From Candidatus Doudnabacteria bacterium RIFCSPHIGHO2_02_FULL_43_13b (GTDB lineage Bacteria; Patescibacteriota; Doudnabacteria; UBA920; O2-02-FULL-48-8): a stretch of DNA of 64,000 bases. Each line of letters begins with the position of its first letter. Position 1 is the stretch's first letter. The stretch is from assembly GCA_001777655.1 (NCBI GenBank), contig MFER01000013.1, forward strand, positions 68,322 to 132,321. Reading direction: 5' to 3'. Both the position numbers and the translations under genes were made by a program. Shown piece by piece: positions 26,403 through 36,553 of this stretch. The notes below the pieces were generated by a model. It was not told the origin of the DNA. It saw nothing but the letters and a program-made list of their open reading frames with translations, and made no database searches.

Positions 26403-26900
26403 CTAGCTATTCTCAATAAAATTAAATCCGTCTTTGTCTTTAACTTTGGCTTTTGGCCGGATGATCAGTTTGCGATTGGGTTCCACTCCCATGCTTTCTG
26501 ACCCCACGTCAGAATATAAAGATAAATAAGAATGTACCACGCGACGCTCATATGCCGGCATGGGTTCTAAAGAGACCGCTCTTTTCGTTTCACGGACATG
26601 GTGAGCGGCCTTGCGCGCCAATTCCTTTAAATAAATCACGCGCTTATCTTTATAATCATCAATATCAATGGCAAATGGGAATCGATCATCTTGAATCTGC
26701 TTGCGAAACAACACTCTAAGGATGTATTGCAGGGCCTCTAGGTTGGCCCCCAGTTTACCAATCAAAAGCTGCGCGTCATGGGTTTTGATATTAAATACCG
26801 TGCGGCCTTCTTCTTGGCGTTCGAAAATTTCTGCTTCAAATCCCATTTTTCGCAACAAATTTAAAGTTATATTTTTCAAAAGTTCATTGCTTGGTTCCAT
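26403..26900 (-). CDS. jag: Jag/KhpB RNA-binding protein (KH and R3H domains)
   Basis: Located downstream of yidC; MEPSNELLKNITLNLLRKMGF..R3H-like C-terminus. Confidence 0.7.
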   Translation of the reverse strand: MEPSNELLKNITLNLLRKMGFEAEIFERQEEGRTVFNIKTHDAQLLIGKLGANLEALQYILRVLFRKQIQDDRFPFAIDIDDYKDKRVIYLKELARKAAHHVRETKRAVSLEPMPAYERRVVHSYLSLYSDVGSESMGVEPNRKLIIRPKAKVKDKDGFNFIENS

Positions 26901-27594
26901 ATAACGCTTCCTTGGCTTCCTTTCGCAAAAGATAATATTGCTGGCCCACCCCAAACAAAGTAGTGATAATCCAATACAAGGTCAGTCCGGCTGGAAAAGT
27001 GCTGCCAAAAAATACTGTCAGGGCTGGCAAAAAATAGAGCGTTTGGTATTTGACCATTTTGGTGGTCGCATCCTCTGTCTGATTCTTTGGGAGCATAATT
27101 TTACTTTGCCAATACTGTAAGGCACCCGCTACCACTGCCATAATAATATTTTTTTTGGCCAAATCCAGAAACCCCAAAAACACTGGATTGATTTTTTCTG
27201 GAGCAGTGATAAATGAATATATCCCGTGTAGCTCGTTGCCGTTTAAGCTTTGGATAAACACCTGATAAAGCGCAATCAGGATTGGTAATTGAATTAAAAG
27301 CGGTAAGCAAGAACTTAAGGGATTTACCTTATGAGTGGAATAAAGCTCCATCATGGCCTTGGCTTGACGCTCTTTGTCATCCTTATATTTCTCTTTAATT
27401 TCGGCCATTTTGGGCTGGAGCGCGGTCATGGCCCTTTGGTGTTTCAATGATTTATGAAAGGAGGGCAAAAGGAGTAAACGAACTATAAGCGTTAACAAAA
27501 TGATAACCGCCCCGATATCCGGAATAAAATTATAGAAAAAAACCAAAAGGTTCAAAAGTGGGTAAACTAAAATTTGATTAAAAACTTGAATCAT
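26884..27594 (-). CDS. yidC: Membrane protein insertase YidC (short form)
   Basis: Five-TM YidC/Oxa1 core in the conserved rnpA-yidD-yidC-jag order. Confidence 0.85.
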   Translation of the reverse strand: MIQVFNQILVYPLLNLLVFFYNFIPDIGAVIILLTLIVRLLLLPSFHKSLKHQRAMTALQPKMAEIKEKYKDDKERQAKAMMELYSTHKVNPLSSCLPLLIQLPILIALYQVFIQSLNGNELHGIYSFITAPEKINPVFLGFLDLAKKNIIMAVVAGALQYWQSKIMLPKNQTEDATTKMVKYQTLYFLPALTVFFGSTFPAGLTLYWIITTLFGVGQQYYLLRKEAKEALYGTKQ

Positions 27595-27599
27595 AAACT

Positions 27600-27857
27600 T
27601 TAGGGCTGATCAATCACCGGAGCAACGCCGGGTCGGCACTTAATTAAACGCTTAATAATTTTAGGTAGCCCCGCCACGCCTTCATTTCTTAAAACTAATT
27701 CGGCATAAGCTGAACAAGAAGGATAAAATTTACAATAACCGTATGGGTAAAAAACCCTCAAGGGACCATGATCAAAAGAAAAGGTTTTTTGGTAAAGCCA
27801 AACCAGCCCTCTTAGAGGAAACGCCAAAATTAAATTAATATATTTTATGATTGCCAT
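27600..27857 (-). CDS. yidD: Membrane protein insertion efficiency factor YidD
   Basis: YQKTFSFDHGPL..CKFYPSCSAYA is the YidD signature. Confidence 0.85.
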   Translation of the reverse strand: MAIIKYINLILAFPLRGLVWLYQKTFSFDHGPLRVFYPYGYCKFYPSCSAYAELVLRNEGVAGLPKIIKRLIKCRPGVAPVIDQP

Positions 27858-28180
27858 ACGTTTGCTCGCTTCAGTAACTGGGTAACCTCTAATTCTAAAT
27901 CTTGGAATTTAATTCTCAAAATCTTACTGCTTGGAAAAAACAAGACATCAAAGGACTTAAATTTGTTTTGGTGCTGACTGACGATTGACTTTAAGCGCCG
28001 TTTAACTTTATTCCGATCAACTGCTTTGGGTAATATTTTTTTAGGGACAATAAAACCAAAACGTGGCAGGTTTTGGTTCGAGGGGAGAACTCTGATCCGA
28101 AGGTTTAAGCTTTGGAAGAAACGACCCGATCGAAATCTAGTAAAGTCAGCCTCATTTTTAAGTAAGTGAATCTTCCCCAT
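27845..28180 (-). CDS. rnpA: Ribonuclease P protein component
   Basis: KAVDRNKVKRRLK RNR-like motif; sits between rpmH and yidD. Confidence 0.85.
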   Translation of the reverse strand: MGKIHLLKNEADFTRFRSGRFFQSLNLRIRVLPSNQNLPRFGFIVPKKILPKAVDRNKVKRRLKSIVSQHQNKFKSFDVLFFPSSKILRIKFQDLELEVTQLLKRANVWQS

Positions 28181-28315
28181 TTAAACAGTGAGTCGTTTTC
28201 TGCCCTTAGCGCGTCTTCGGGATAAAACTGCTCGCCCAGTTCTTGATTTCATTCGCTTTCTAAACCCATGAACCCGTTTGCGTCGAAGCTTTTTCGGTCG
28301 ATATGTTGGTTGCAT
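28181..28315 (-). CDS. rpmH: 50S ribosomal protein L34
   Basis: Translates [44 protein letters not shown]; absent from the ORF track because it is under 60 aa. Confidence 0.9.
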   Translation of the reverse strand: MQPTYRPKKLRRKRVHGFRKRMKSRTGRAVLSRRRAKGRKRLTV

Positions 28316-28523
28316 ACTGACACATTATACTGCAAAGTGAGAGTTCTGTCACCCGGTTGTCGGCTTTGTAACACTTAATCAACTAATAATCCACATTATA
28401 TTAACAAGCTATCTATTTTTTGCTTAATCTTAGGCAAAAAATATATATTTACATGTTGATAACTTATCTGTTAAAATAAGTCACAGCCATTAAAAATCTT
28501 CAACCTTTACGATTAGCCTTGAA

Positions 28524-29855
28524 ATGACAAACCAACAACTCTGGCAAGCAATCCTCGGCAACCTAGAACTAGCCATAAGTAAAGCTAGTTTTACTACTTG
28601 GTTTAAAAACACCTCAATTTTGGAAAAAACCGACTCCGCGATAATAGTAAATACCCCCAACGCTTTCACGAAAGAGTGGCTGCAGAACAAATACCACCAG
28701 GATATTCTGAAAGCCTTAAAATCAATCGCCCCAGAGATTAGAGAGGTTAAATTCCAAATCACCAACCCAACTTATGTTGCTCCTCAGGCTGCCAGAGAAA
28801 TCCCCAAAACTACCGTAAAACGACCTGAAAACCAAAGTCTTAACCCCAAATATACTTTTACCACCTTCATTGTTGGTTCGAACAACCAGCTCGCTCATGC
28901 CGCCAGCTTAGCAGTCAGCAAAAAACCAGGAACAGTCTATAATCCATTATTTATCTACGGCGGCGTCGGCTTAGGCAAAACGCATTTAATGCAGGCGGTT
29001 GGAACGGAAATTTTAAAAAAAGACCCTTCGACCAAAATTTTATACGTAACCAGCGAAAAATTTACCAATGATTTCGTCTCAGCCCTTTCGCAAGGTCGAG
29101 CAGATCAATTCAAGTCACTTTATCGAAACGTTGATGTATTGTTGGTGGACGATATCCAATTCCTAGCCGGGAAAGAAGGAACCCAAGAAGAATTTTTCCA
29201 CACTTTCAATGCTCTGCACCAAAATAATCGACAAGTGGTGATGACCTCTGATCGATTACCGAAAGAAATCCCCGCCATCGAAGAACGGCTAGTTTCTCGG
29301 TTTGAATGGGGGATGATCGCGGATATTCAGGCGCCCGACTTGGAAACACGAATCGCGATTTTAAAAACGAAGGCCAAGGAAAAAAATTACAACGTTGACC
29401 CGGAAATTTTAACCTATATTGCCGAAATTATTCAAAGCAATATTAGAGAATTGGAGGGAGCCCTAAACCGCTTGATGGTTTATTGCCAGCTCAATAACAC
29501 CAAGCCCACCATCGATCAGGTAAAAAGTGTGTTGGTTAACGTCATCACCCCACCCAAAAAACGCGGTGTCTCAGCCAAAAAAATCATAGAGGTAGTGTCT
29601 GATTTTTATAATGTTTCACCAGAAGACTTACTCAAACAATCGCGTAAAAAAGAGTATGTGAACCCCAGACAAATCGCAATGTATATCATCAGGAAAGAAT
29701 TAGAAACTTCCCTGCCTTCCATTGGTGAGTTTTTTGGTGGGCGCGACCATACAACAGTCATCCATGCCGTAGACAAGATTGAACGAATAATTAAAGAGAA
29801 AAATAGTTTAAAACAAGAGATTAATTTAATCAAAGATCGGTTATATTTGAATTAG
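28524..29855 (+). CDS. dnaA: Chromosomal replication initiator DnaA
   Basis: Walker A GGVGLGKTHL, box VII, and the C-terminal DnaA-box-binding HTH. Confidence 0.95.
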   Translation: MTNQQLWQAILGNLELAISKASFTTWFKNTSILEKTDSAIIVNTPNAFTKEWLQNKYHQDILKALKSIAPEIREVKFQITNPTYVAPQAAREIPKTTVKRPENQSLNPKYTFTTFIVGSNNQLAHAASLAVSKKPGTVYNPLFIYGGVGLGKTHLMQAVGTEILKKDPSTKILYVTSEKFTNDFVSALSQGRADQFKSLYRNVDVLLVDDIQFLAGKEGTQEEFFHTFNALHQNNRQVVMTSDRLPKEIPAIEERLVSRFEWGMIADIQAPDLETRIAILKTKAKEKNYNVDPEILTYIAEIIQSNIRELEGALNRLMVYCQLNNTKPTIDQVKSVLVNVITPPKKRGVSAKKIIEVVSDFYNVSPEDLLKQSRKKEYVNPRQIAMYIIRKELETSLPSIGEFFGGRDHTTVIHAVDKIERIIKEKNSLKQEINLIKDRLYLN

Positions 29856-30060
29856 TTGTTAATTAACGGTTAACATCTTCTAGGTAAGTTTTTAGTAATA
29901 ATTATGTTAAAATATTTAGGGCAATCTTAACGACAGGTTTTACACAAGGTCCAGACAAGTTATTGCTTTGACCCAAACCTAAACCACCCAACAAAACAAA
30001 CAAAAACAACCTTACACACAAATCCACAGTACTTATTATCATTATTATTTTTTAAAATTT
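29856..30060. other. Probable oriC (dnaA-dnaN intergenic, AT-rich DUE plus DnaA-box-like 9-mers)
   Basis: AAATCCACA and TTTTACACA 9-mers and an AT tract TTATTATCATTATTATTTTTTAAAATTT. A second box-like TAATCCACA lies upstream of dnaA at about 28385. Confidence 0.5.
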
Positions 30061-31158
30061 ATGAAATTAATAGTAACTAAAGAAAATTTGAAAAAAGGTT
30101 TGTTTGCGGTTAGCCGGGTTGTTGGCAGCGGTAACCCCCTGCAGGTTTTAAATAATATTTTAATCAAAACCGACCAGGGCCGGGTTAAATTTTCTGCGAC
30201 CAACTTAGAAATTGGAGTAAACACTTGGGTAGGGGGAAAAACCGAAAAAGAAGGGGCTTTGACCGTACCGGCCAGATTAATTAATGAATATGTTAATAAT
30301 TTACCAACCGAGAAGGTAACGCTCGAGGGAACCGAAGGAAATACATTAAAACTTGACTCAGAAAATTATCACACGAATATTAAAGGTCTTCCTGCTGAAG
30401 ATTTCCCGCTAATCCCTCAGGTAACCGAAGAGCCGTTTGCTAAAATTGACGCTTCAGAGTTTAAAGATGCTTTAGCCGAAACAATCTGGGCTTCTTCTAA
30501 CAATGAGACCCAACCGGAAATTTCAGGGATTTTTATGGCGTTCGAAGATGAAAAAATAAGAATTGCCGCCACCGACCGATATCGTCTTGCCGAGCGAACA
30601 GCCACACTTAAAACCGCGGCCCGGGTTGTCAAAGAGGTCATTGTGCCATCCCGAACTGTTTCAGAGCTTTATAAAATCTTAAGCGTGGGGGCAGGAGAAG
30701 TAGAGATTTATTTTTCTGAAAGCCAGGTGTTGTTTAAATTTGATGATACCGAGTTGATTTCTCGCCTGATTGATGGCCAATACCCAGATTATCGGCAAAT
30801 TATTCCCAAGGAATTTAAGACTGAAGTCGAAGTTGAGCGAGAAGAATTTATCCACGCGCTTAAAGCTGCCGCGCTGTTTGTTCCAGATTCCAACAACATC
30901 ACAGTTGAGGTTAAGGCAGCAGGGATTACTGTTTCCGCCTCTTCTATGGCAGCGGGTGAGAACACCACTCAAATCAAAGCCAAGGTTTCCGGCAGTGATA
31001 ACAGCGCGGTGTTTAATTTTCGTTATTTGTTGGATTGCTTGAACAATTTGAGTGAAGCGATTGTGAAATTCAAAATGATTAATGACGCCTCGCCGGCCTC
31101 GCTGGCGCCCCTCAAACGGGACAATTATGTTTACATCGTCATGCCAATCAAGTTGTAA
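30061..31158 (+). CDS. dnaN: DNA polymerase III beta sliding clamp
   Basis: Three-domain clamp; conserved dnaA-dnaN-recF order. Confidence 0.9.
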   Translation: MKLIVTKENLKKGLFAVSRVVGSGNPLQVLNNILIKTDQGRVKFSATNLEIGVNTWVGGKTEKEGALTVPARLINEYVNNLPTEKVTLEGTEGNTLKLDSENYHTNIKGLPAEDFPLIPQVTEEPFAKIDASEFKDALAETIWASSNNETQPEISGIFMAFEDEKIRIAATDRYRLAERTATLKTAARVVKEVIVPSRTVSELYKILSVGAGEVEIYFSESQVLFKFDDTELISRLIDGQYPDYRQIIPKEFKTEVEVEREEFIHALKAAALFVPDSNNITVEVKAAGITVSASSMAAGENTTQIKAKVSGSDNSAVFNFRYLLDCLNNLSEAIVKFKMINDASPASLAPLKRDNYVYIVMPIKL

Positions 31159-32222
31159 TGAAGTTAACTGAGGTTAAATTAGAAAACTTTCGTAATTATA
31201 AAAAAATCGGCGTCGCTATTGACGCTGATTTAGTTTTGGTTTTAGGGGATAACGCTTCAGGTAAAACTAATTTTTTGGAAAGTATCTATTTTTTATCTCG
31301 TTTAAAATCTTTTCGCGCCCCCGATGATTTGTTGATAAGAGTCGGAGCAGATTATTTCAATTTACAAGCCAAAGTCCAAGAACAAAAACTTGAAGCAGTA
31401 GTTGCAAAAAACACTATCGTTCGCCGGGTGTTTAAAATTAATGATCAGAAAGTTAAACGAACGATCTGGCAATCATACAAAACTGTTTTATTTGTTCCCA
31501 ACGATTTAAACTTGTTTATTTTAGGGCCTGCGACAAGACGGAAATTCTTGGATGAAATATTGTCACAAAAAAGCAAAGAATATTCGCTGGCATTAATATC
31601 ACTGGGGCACATTCTCAAACAAAAAGCCGCGTTGTTAGAAGTTTTGAATCAAGGGAGCGGGGATGTTTCTGAGTTGGAATCTTGGAACGAACAGTTAACT
31701 CAATCCAGCCGAATCATCGAGCAACACCGCTATTTATTTATTGATTTTATTAACCAAAGATTTAAGCATTTAAATCAGGAATTAACCGGGCTTTCTTCTC
31801 GCTTTTTGGTGGAATTTATAAGTATGGTTGCCGGTTTAGATGAACAAGGACTTTTAGCCAAGCTTTCACAATACCAAGAGGCAGAAATCAAAAGCGGTCA
31901 GTGTTTGGTTGGCCCGCACCGTGATGATTTTGTCATCAAAAAAGACGAAGTTTTAAATATCTTTAATTCTTCCCGTGGTGAACTTCGCACCCAAGTACTT
32001 ACATTAAAACTGCTCGAAGCTGAGTATTTATCAGACGACAAGCAAAAACCCATCATTTTGCTTGATGATGTGTTTTCAGAGCTAGATGAAATTCGGCGCG
32101 CCAAGCTAATTGAAAACTTAAAGGGTTATCAAATTTTTATTACATCCACCGAAGAGCACCATCTGCCGAAACTAAGCAAGGAAGCCTTGGTTTTGAAAGT
32201 TGAGAATAATGCTATAATTTGA
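31158..32222 (+). CDS. recF: DNA replication and repair protein RecF
   Basis: Walker A GDNASGKTNFLESI and an SMC-like signature. Confidence 0.9.
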   Translation: MKLTEVKLENFRNYKKIGVAIDADLVLVLGDNASGKTNFLESIYFLSRLKSFRAPDDLLIRVGADYFNLQAKVQEQKLEAVVAKNTIVRRVFKINDQKVKRTIWQSYKTVLFVPNDLNLFILGPATRRKFLDEILSQKSKEYSLALISLGHILKQKAALLEVLNQGSGDVSELESWNEQLTQSSRIIEQHRYLFIDFINQRFKHLNQELTGLSSRFLVEFISMVAGLDEQGLLAKLSQYQEAEIKSGQCLVGPHRDDFVIKKDEVLNIFNSSRGELRTQVLTLKLLEAEYLSDDKQKPIILLDDVFSELDEIRRAKLIENLKGYQIFITSTEEHHLPKLSKEALVLKVENNAII

Positions 32223-32226
32223 ATAT

Positions 32227-32856
32227 ATGAGAGATTATGCAACATTAGCAACACCTGAAGAGCCAACCGCCGGTACAGAAAAAAATCCGGGAGATAGGTC
32301 GAGTGTATCAGCTGAAGAAACCGAGGCTAGTAATTTAGAAATTGTTAAAGCACAGATAATTAATCAAGCCCAGTTGTTATATTCCCAAGGGGCTTGGACT
32401 GATCTGAATCAACTGGTTCATGAACCCTTAACTACAAGATTGTTTGCCACGACAAACCTAGCAGTGAATCTACACGATCGATTAGCCCACGGAGAATTTA
32501 GGCTAGCAAAAGATCACTATTATTTAGACGATACACCATATAACTTCGCGACGGATTTAGTAGAATCTATGGGTGATAATCCGGATAACCTACCCGAGTT
32601 AATGAAAATTTGGTTAAAACATAAAGTCTCATCAGAAGAATGCGAAGAAGCTTTTGCTACTGAAGAACTTTTTCGCCAGCCTGATGAACTGCATTCTCAT
32701 AAAGAAAATAGATATATTTTAATTAGCAAGACCAAAAAATCGAGATTATTATTTATTGTTTATACGATTAGAAAAAATAAGGTGCGTGTAATTTCCGCCA
32801 GAAGCATGCACAAAAAGGAGCAAGATTTTTATGAAAAAGAAGCTGGTTCTGCCTAA
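32227..32856 (+). CDS. BrnT-family (DUF497) ribonuclease toxin fused in frame to a 125-aa N-terminal region of unknown function
   Basis: C-terminal MKIWLKHKVSSEECEEAF..RYILISKTKKSRLLFIVYTIRKNKVRVISARSMHKKEQDFYE matches BrnT. An internal Met at 32602 would give a standalone 84-aa BrnT. Confidence 0.6.
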   Translation: MRDYATLATPEEPTAGTEKNPGDRSSVSAEETEASNLEIVKAQIINQAQLLYSQGAWTDLNQLVHEPLTTRLFATTNLAVNLHDRLAHGEFRLAKDHYYLDDTPYNFATDLVESMGDNPDNLPELMKIWLKHKVSSEECEEAFATEELFRQPDELHSHKENRYILISKTKKSRLLFIVYTIRKNKVRVISARSMHKKEQDFYEKEAGSA

Positions 32857-33094
32857 ATTCAAAAATGAAGACGAAGAAAGAGAATTTTGGGATAAAATTG
32901 ACCTTGCCGATTATCTAGAACCTGGTGATTTTATCCGCGTCCGATTCCCAAACCTGAAACCCACTTCTCGATCGATTTCTATCCGGATCCCCGAATATAT
33001 CATTAATCAAGTCAAGATTGAAGCGAACAAGATTGACATTCCTTATCAGGCCTTGATGAAACAGTATATCGCCAAAGGTGTCTTAAAAAAATAG
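32831..33094 (+). CDS. BrnA-family antitoxin (CopG-like)
   Basis: EFWDKIDLADYLE..ISIRIPEYIINQVKIEANKIDIPYQALMKQYI; overlaps the toxin stop. Confidence 0.65.
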   Translation: MKKKLVLPKFKNEDEEREFWDKIDLADYLEPGDFIRVRFPNLKPTSRSISIRIPEYIINQVKIEANKIDIPYQALMKQYIAKGVLKK

Positions 33095-33158
33095 GCTTAA
33101 AAAGTCCGCTCCAAACTCAGGAGCGGATTTTTGGTTTTGAAAGTTGAGAATAATGAGA

Positions 33159-33719
33159 TTATTTATTAAACGGGTTTTTTTGTTTCTGTTTTTCGGGCAA
33201 GGCCTCGTAGAGATCCAAAAGTATTTTATTGATTTTGGTCGGGTTTGGTACGCGGTCAAACTCAAACCGATTGGTTTCAGCTGCGGTTTGGACGTAGACA
33301 TTACCATAATCAAAGAAGTTTTCTAAAATACCGTTGACCTCGGCGGTTACATCTTCAATTCTGCTTAAATGAAGCTCGGAAATTGTATGATGCAAGAGGG
33401 ATTTTTGGGTAATATCGACGATCCGTTCGTTCGTGACAATTTGCATATTCAGATAATACATGACCCAAGTGATCAAAAACCCCAGCAAGATGAAGAGTAG
33501 ATAAATAGTTTTGATCAGATTAACATAATCCAGATAAGGGTCTTTTTTAAGGGTCGGGGCATAACGGTTAATAGCCCAGTCAGAGAGGAACAAAATTATT
33601 ATAAATAAAAACCAAACCAAAAGTTTCGTGACCAACACCATCCAATGCTGGCGAGTGATGATGAAGATTTGCTCATTTTCTTGTTGGCCGGGGAAAAGGA
33701 TTTTTTTATTAATTAGCAT
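33159..33719 (-). CDS. Bacterial PH-domain (YdbT/DUF304-like) membrane protein
   Basis: Two TM helices followed by a PH-like domain. Confidence 0.45.
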   Translation of the reverse strand: MLINKKILFPGQQENEQIFIITRQHWMVLVTKLLVWFLFIIILFLSDWAINRYAPTLKKDPYLDYVNLIKTIYLLFILLGFLITWVMYYLNMQIVTNERIVDITQKSLLHHTISELHLSRIEDVTAEVNGILENFFDYGNVYVQTAAETNRFEFDRVPNPTKINKILLDLYEALPEKQKQKNPFNK

Positions 33720-33721
33720 GG

Positions 33722-33946
33722 TCAGAATTTAATGTTACTTAGATTATTAACAGCCGCTACATAGAGTCCGGCGGTAATTGTTAAGTAGACTAAAGATACC
33801 ACAATCGCCAGGATTTTGGAGCGACCGTAGCGCAGGAGTGCATAAAGCGCGATTAAACTATAAAGCACAAACCCAGCCATGATTAGATAAAAAATTAAAC
33901 TGACAATGCTCGAGATAAGGTTGGTTGGTTGAAAAGCTGGAGTCAT
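33722..33946 (-). CDS. Small two-TM membrane protein
   Basis: 74-aa hydrophobic ORF just upstream of ruvB. Confidence 0.35.
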   Translation of the reverse strand: MTPAFQPTNLISSIVSLIFYLIMAGFVLYSLIALYALLRYGRSKILAIVVSLVYLTITAGLYVAAVNNLSNIKF

Positions 33947-34983
33947 AAAAGTGGTTTGGTTAGGGGTTTATTAATGGGTTTTTTCAAATGATCATAAGCC
34001 GCCGGTGTGGCCACCCGCCCTTTCGGAGTTTTGGCGATTAACCCTAAGCGTAATAAGTAGGGTTCATAAATATCCTCGATAGTCCCGGCATCTTCGGAAG
34101 TGGCAGCGGCGATGGACGTAATACCAACCGGCCCCCCCCCGAATTTTTCAATCAAGGCTTCCAAAATTCGTCTGTCGTTATTATCTAAACCCAAGTCATC
34201 AACTTCCAGCATATTTAAGGCGTCGTGTGCGACTTGTTCTGTGATCTTCCCTCCAGCGCGCACTTGCGCGTAGTCGCGAACTCGCTTGAGCAAGCGATTG
34301 GCAATTCTAGGGGTCCGCCGGGCCCGTTTGGCCACCTCTGCCCGGCCCGTAGATTCGATTTTGATATTCAAAATTTTTGCTGACCGCTCGATAATTTTTT
34401 CAATTTCTGGTTCTTCGTAATAATCTAGGCGGTAAGTCATGCCAAAACGGTCACGCAAGGGAGCTGAGAGCATGCCGATTCTCGTGGTGGCGCCAATTAA
34501 AGTAAATTTAGGCAGATCCAAGCGTAGGGCTTTTGCTCCCGCGCCTTTGCCCAAGACTATGTCCAAACTATATTCTTCCATGGCGGGGTAAAGAATTTCC
34601 TCTACCGTTTTGTTCAGTCGATGGATTTCATCTATGAATAAAATATCATTTTCTGAAAGATTCGTAAGCAACGAAGCTAAATCGCCGGATTTTTCAATGG
34701 CGGGGCCAGAGGTAATCTTAATGCCAACCTTTCCTTCTTTGGCAATAATATGAGCCAGTGTGGTTTTGCCCAAGCCCGGCGGGCCATACAGCAAGAGATG
34801 TTCTAAAGTTTCTTTTCTGCCCGAGGCGGCATCAATGAGAATTTTCAGACTTTCCTTGATTTTTTCCTGTCCGATGTATTCGGATAGCTTTTGCGGCCGC
34901 AGGGTTACTTCAAATAGCGTTTCAGAAGCATCTGGAACCGGGTTGATAATATCGATTTCGGCAACAGTTGGTTCAATAGCCAT
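33943..34983 (-). CDS. ruvB: Holliday junction branch migration helicase RuvB
   Basis: [18 protein letters not shown] Walker A, sensor motifs. Confidence 0.95.
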   Translation of the reverse strand: MAIEPTVAEIDIINPVPDASETLFEVTLRPQKLSEYIGQEKIKESLKILIDAASGRKETLEHLLLYGPPGLGKTTLAHIIAKEGKVGIKITSGPAIEKSGDLASLLTNLSENDILFIDEIHRLNKTVEEILYPAMEEYSLDIVLGKGAGAKALRLDLPKFTLIGATTRIGMLSAPLRDRFGMTYRLDYYEEPEIEKIIERSAKILNIKIESTGRAEVAKRARRTPRIANRLLKRVRDYAQVRAGGKITEQVAHDALNMLEVDDLGLDNNDRRILEALIEKFGGGPVGITSIAAATSEDAGTIEDIYEPYLLRLGLIAKTPKGRVATPAAYDHLKKPINKPLTKPLL

Positions 34984-35002
34984 GAGTTTAGTATATCAAA
35001 TC

Positions 35003-36445
35003 TTAAAGATTACGTAAGAATTTTAAAGTTAGGTATACTCCCCAGCCAGTCGCACCCACTGTCAGGTGTTTTTTTGGTCGCATCGTCGAGGCCGTACCTG
35101 CAATGTCCAAATGAATCCAAGGGGTATTTTGCACGAAATGTTTTAAAAATAGCGCTGCCGTAATCACCCCCGCTAAGCCTTTTTCACCAACATTCTTCAA
35201 ATCAGCAACTTGGCTCTGGAGCTGATCTTGATACTCGGACACAAGCGGTAAGGGCCAGAGATTTTCGGCAGTGGCTAAGCTTGCTTGGTTTATTAATTTG
35301 TCATAAGTTTTGGTATTGGCAAAAAACCCGGTATATTCATCACCTAAAGCCACTAATACCGCCCCAGTTAAGGTGGCGTAGTCAATGATCAGTTTGGGTT
35401 GATAATGTTTTTTGGCAAAACTAATCGCATCCGCCAAAACTAGCCGGCCTTCTGCGTCAGTATTAATAATTTCTACGCTGGTTTTATCGTGAGCGACTAA
35501 AATATCGCCTGGTTTTAAAGCGGCGCCTGAGACCAAATTTTCTGCCGCTGGAATGATGGCGACCAGATGGCTTGAGAGTTTGAGCATGGCCGCCGCTTGC
35601 ATAACGCCAAGCACAGTTGCCCCGCCCGCCATGTCGAATTTCATTTCTTCCATTTTTTCGGCAGGTTTAATCGAGATCCCGCCGCTGTCAAATGTTAATC
35701 CTTTGCCAATTAAGACTATCGGTGGCTGTTTTTGATTCCCTGATTCTAAAATAATAAACCGAGGGGGTTCGTCAGAGCCCCGGGAGACTCCTAAAATTAG
35801 GCCTAATTTTTCCCTCATCATTTCTGATTCACCGAGGATTTTGTAATTTAGTTTATATTTTTTGGCAATGGTTATGGCGTGTTGGGCTAAGTGTTTCGGG
35901 GTCATGATGTTGCCTGGATGATTAGCCAAGTCCCGCGCTTGGTTGGTAGCCAGACCGATCATCCCTCCATCATTAAGAGCTGTTTTATAGCTTTTATTGT
36001 TCTGAATCACGATCTCTATTTGTTCAAAAGCTGGCGTTTTGTTGCCTTGTTTATAAATATTAAATTGGTAAGCACTATGCGTTACAGCAAAACCCGTAAG
36101 TTCCAAATAATTTGGGACCCAAGCTCGGTTGACGCTTGGCAGAAACAAACTGATTGATTTTGCTTGTAATTTTTGAGCGTTAGTGATGGCAGTATGGATG
36201 GCAATTCGCCAATTTTTTGCACCAAAATTTTGCTTCTTTCCCAAAGCGATTAATAACAGCCGAGCTGTCGGGGTATAGACGAGCAGACTATTGCCAATTT
36301 CATTTTTAAAATCAGCCAAAGCAGCTTCGGGTATTAAGAGTTTAGTTTTTTGCTTAACCGTCTTGGCTGCCTCCTCGTTTTCAAACAATGGAAAAACAAT
36401 CAGATCGGTTTTACTAGATAGTTTTGGATTGAGAGTAATTTTCAT
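35003..36445 (-). CDS. pepA: Leucyl aminopeptidase (M17)
   Basis: NTDAEGRLVLADA and the M17 catalytic-domain motifs. Confidence 0.85.
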   Translation of the reverse strand: MKITLNPKLSSKTDLIVFPLFENEEAAKTVKQKTKLLIPEAALADFKNEIGNSLLVYTPTARLLLIALGKKQNFGAKNWRIAIHTAITNAQKLQAKSISLFLPSVNRAWVPNYLELTGFAVTHSAYQFNIYKQGNKTPAFEQIEIVIQNNKSYKTALNDGGMIGLATNQARDLANHPGNIMTPKHLAQHAITIAKKYKLNYKILGESEMMREKLGLILGVSRGSDEPPRFIILESGNQKQPPIVLIGKGLTFDSGGISIKPAEKMEEMKFDMAGGATVLGVMQAAAMLKLSSHLVAIIPAAENLVSGAALKPGDILVAHDKTSVEIINTDAEGRLVLADAISFAKKHYQPKLIIDYATLTGAVLVALGDEYTGFFANTKTYDKLINQASLATAENLWPLPLVSEYQDQLQSQVADLKNVGEKGLAGVITAALFLKHFVQNTPWIHLDIAGTASTMRPKKHLTVGATGWGVYLTLKFLRNL

Positions 36446-36553
36446 CCCGATTAGAAATTTTGATTAGTTAATTATACGATTTAATTAGATTATTCCCGTT
36501 GAATACATTTTTCTTGGCAAAGATGCTTGTGAGTATTTCTAACGGGATTCATA

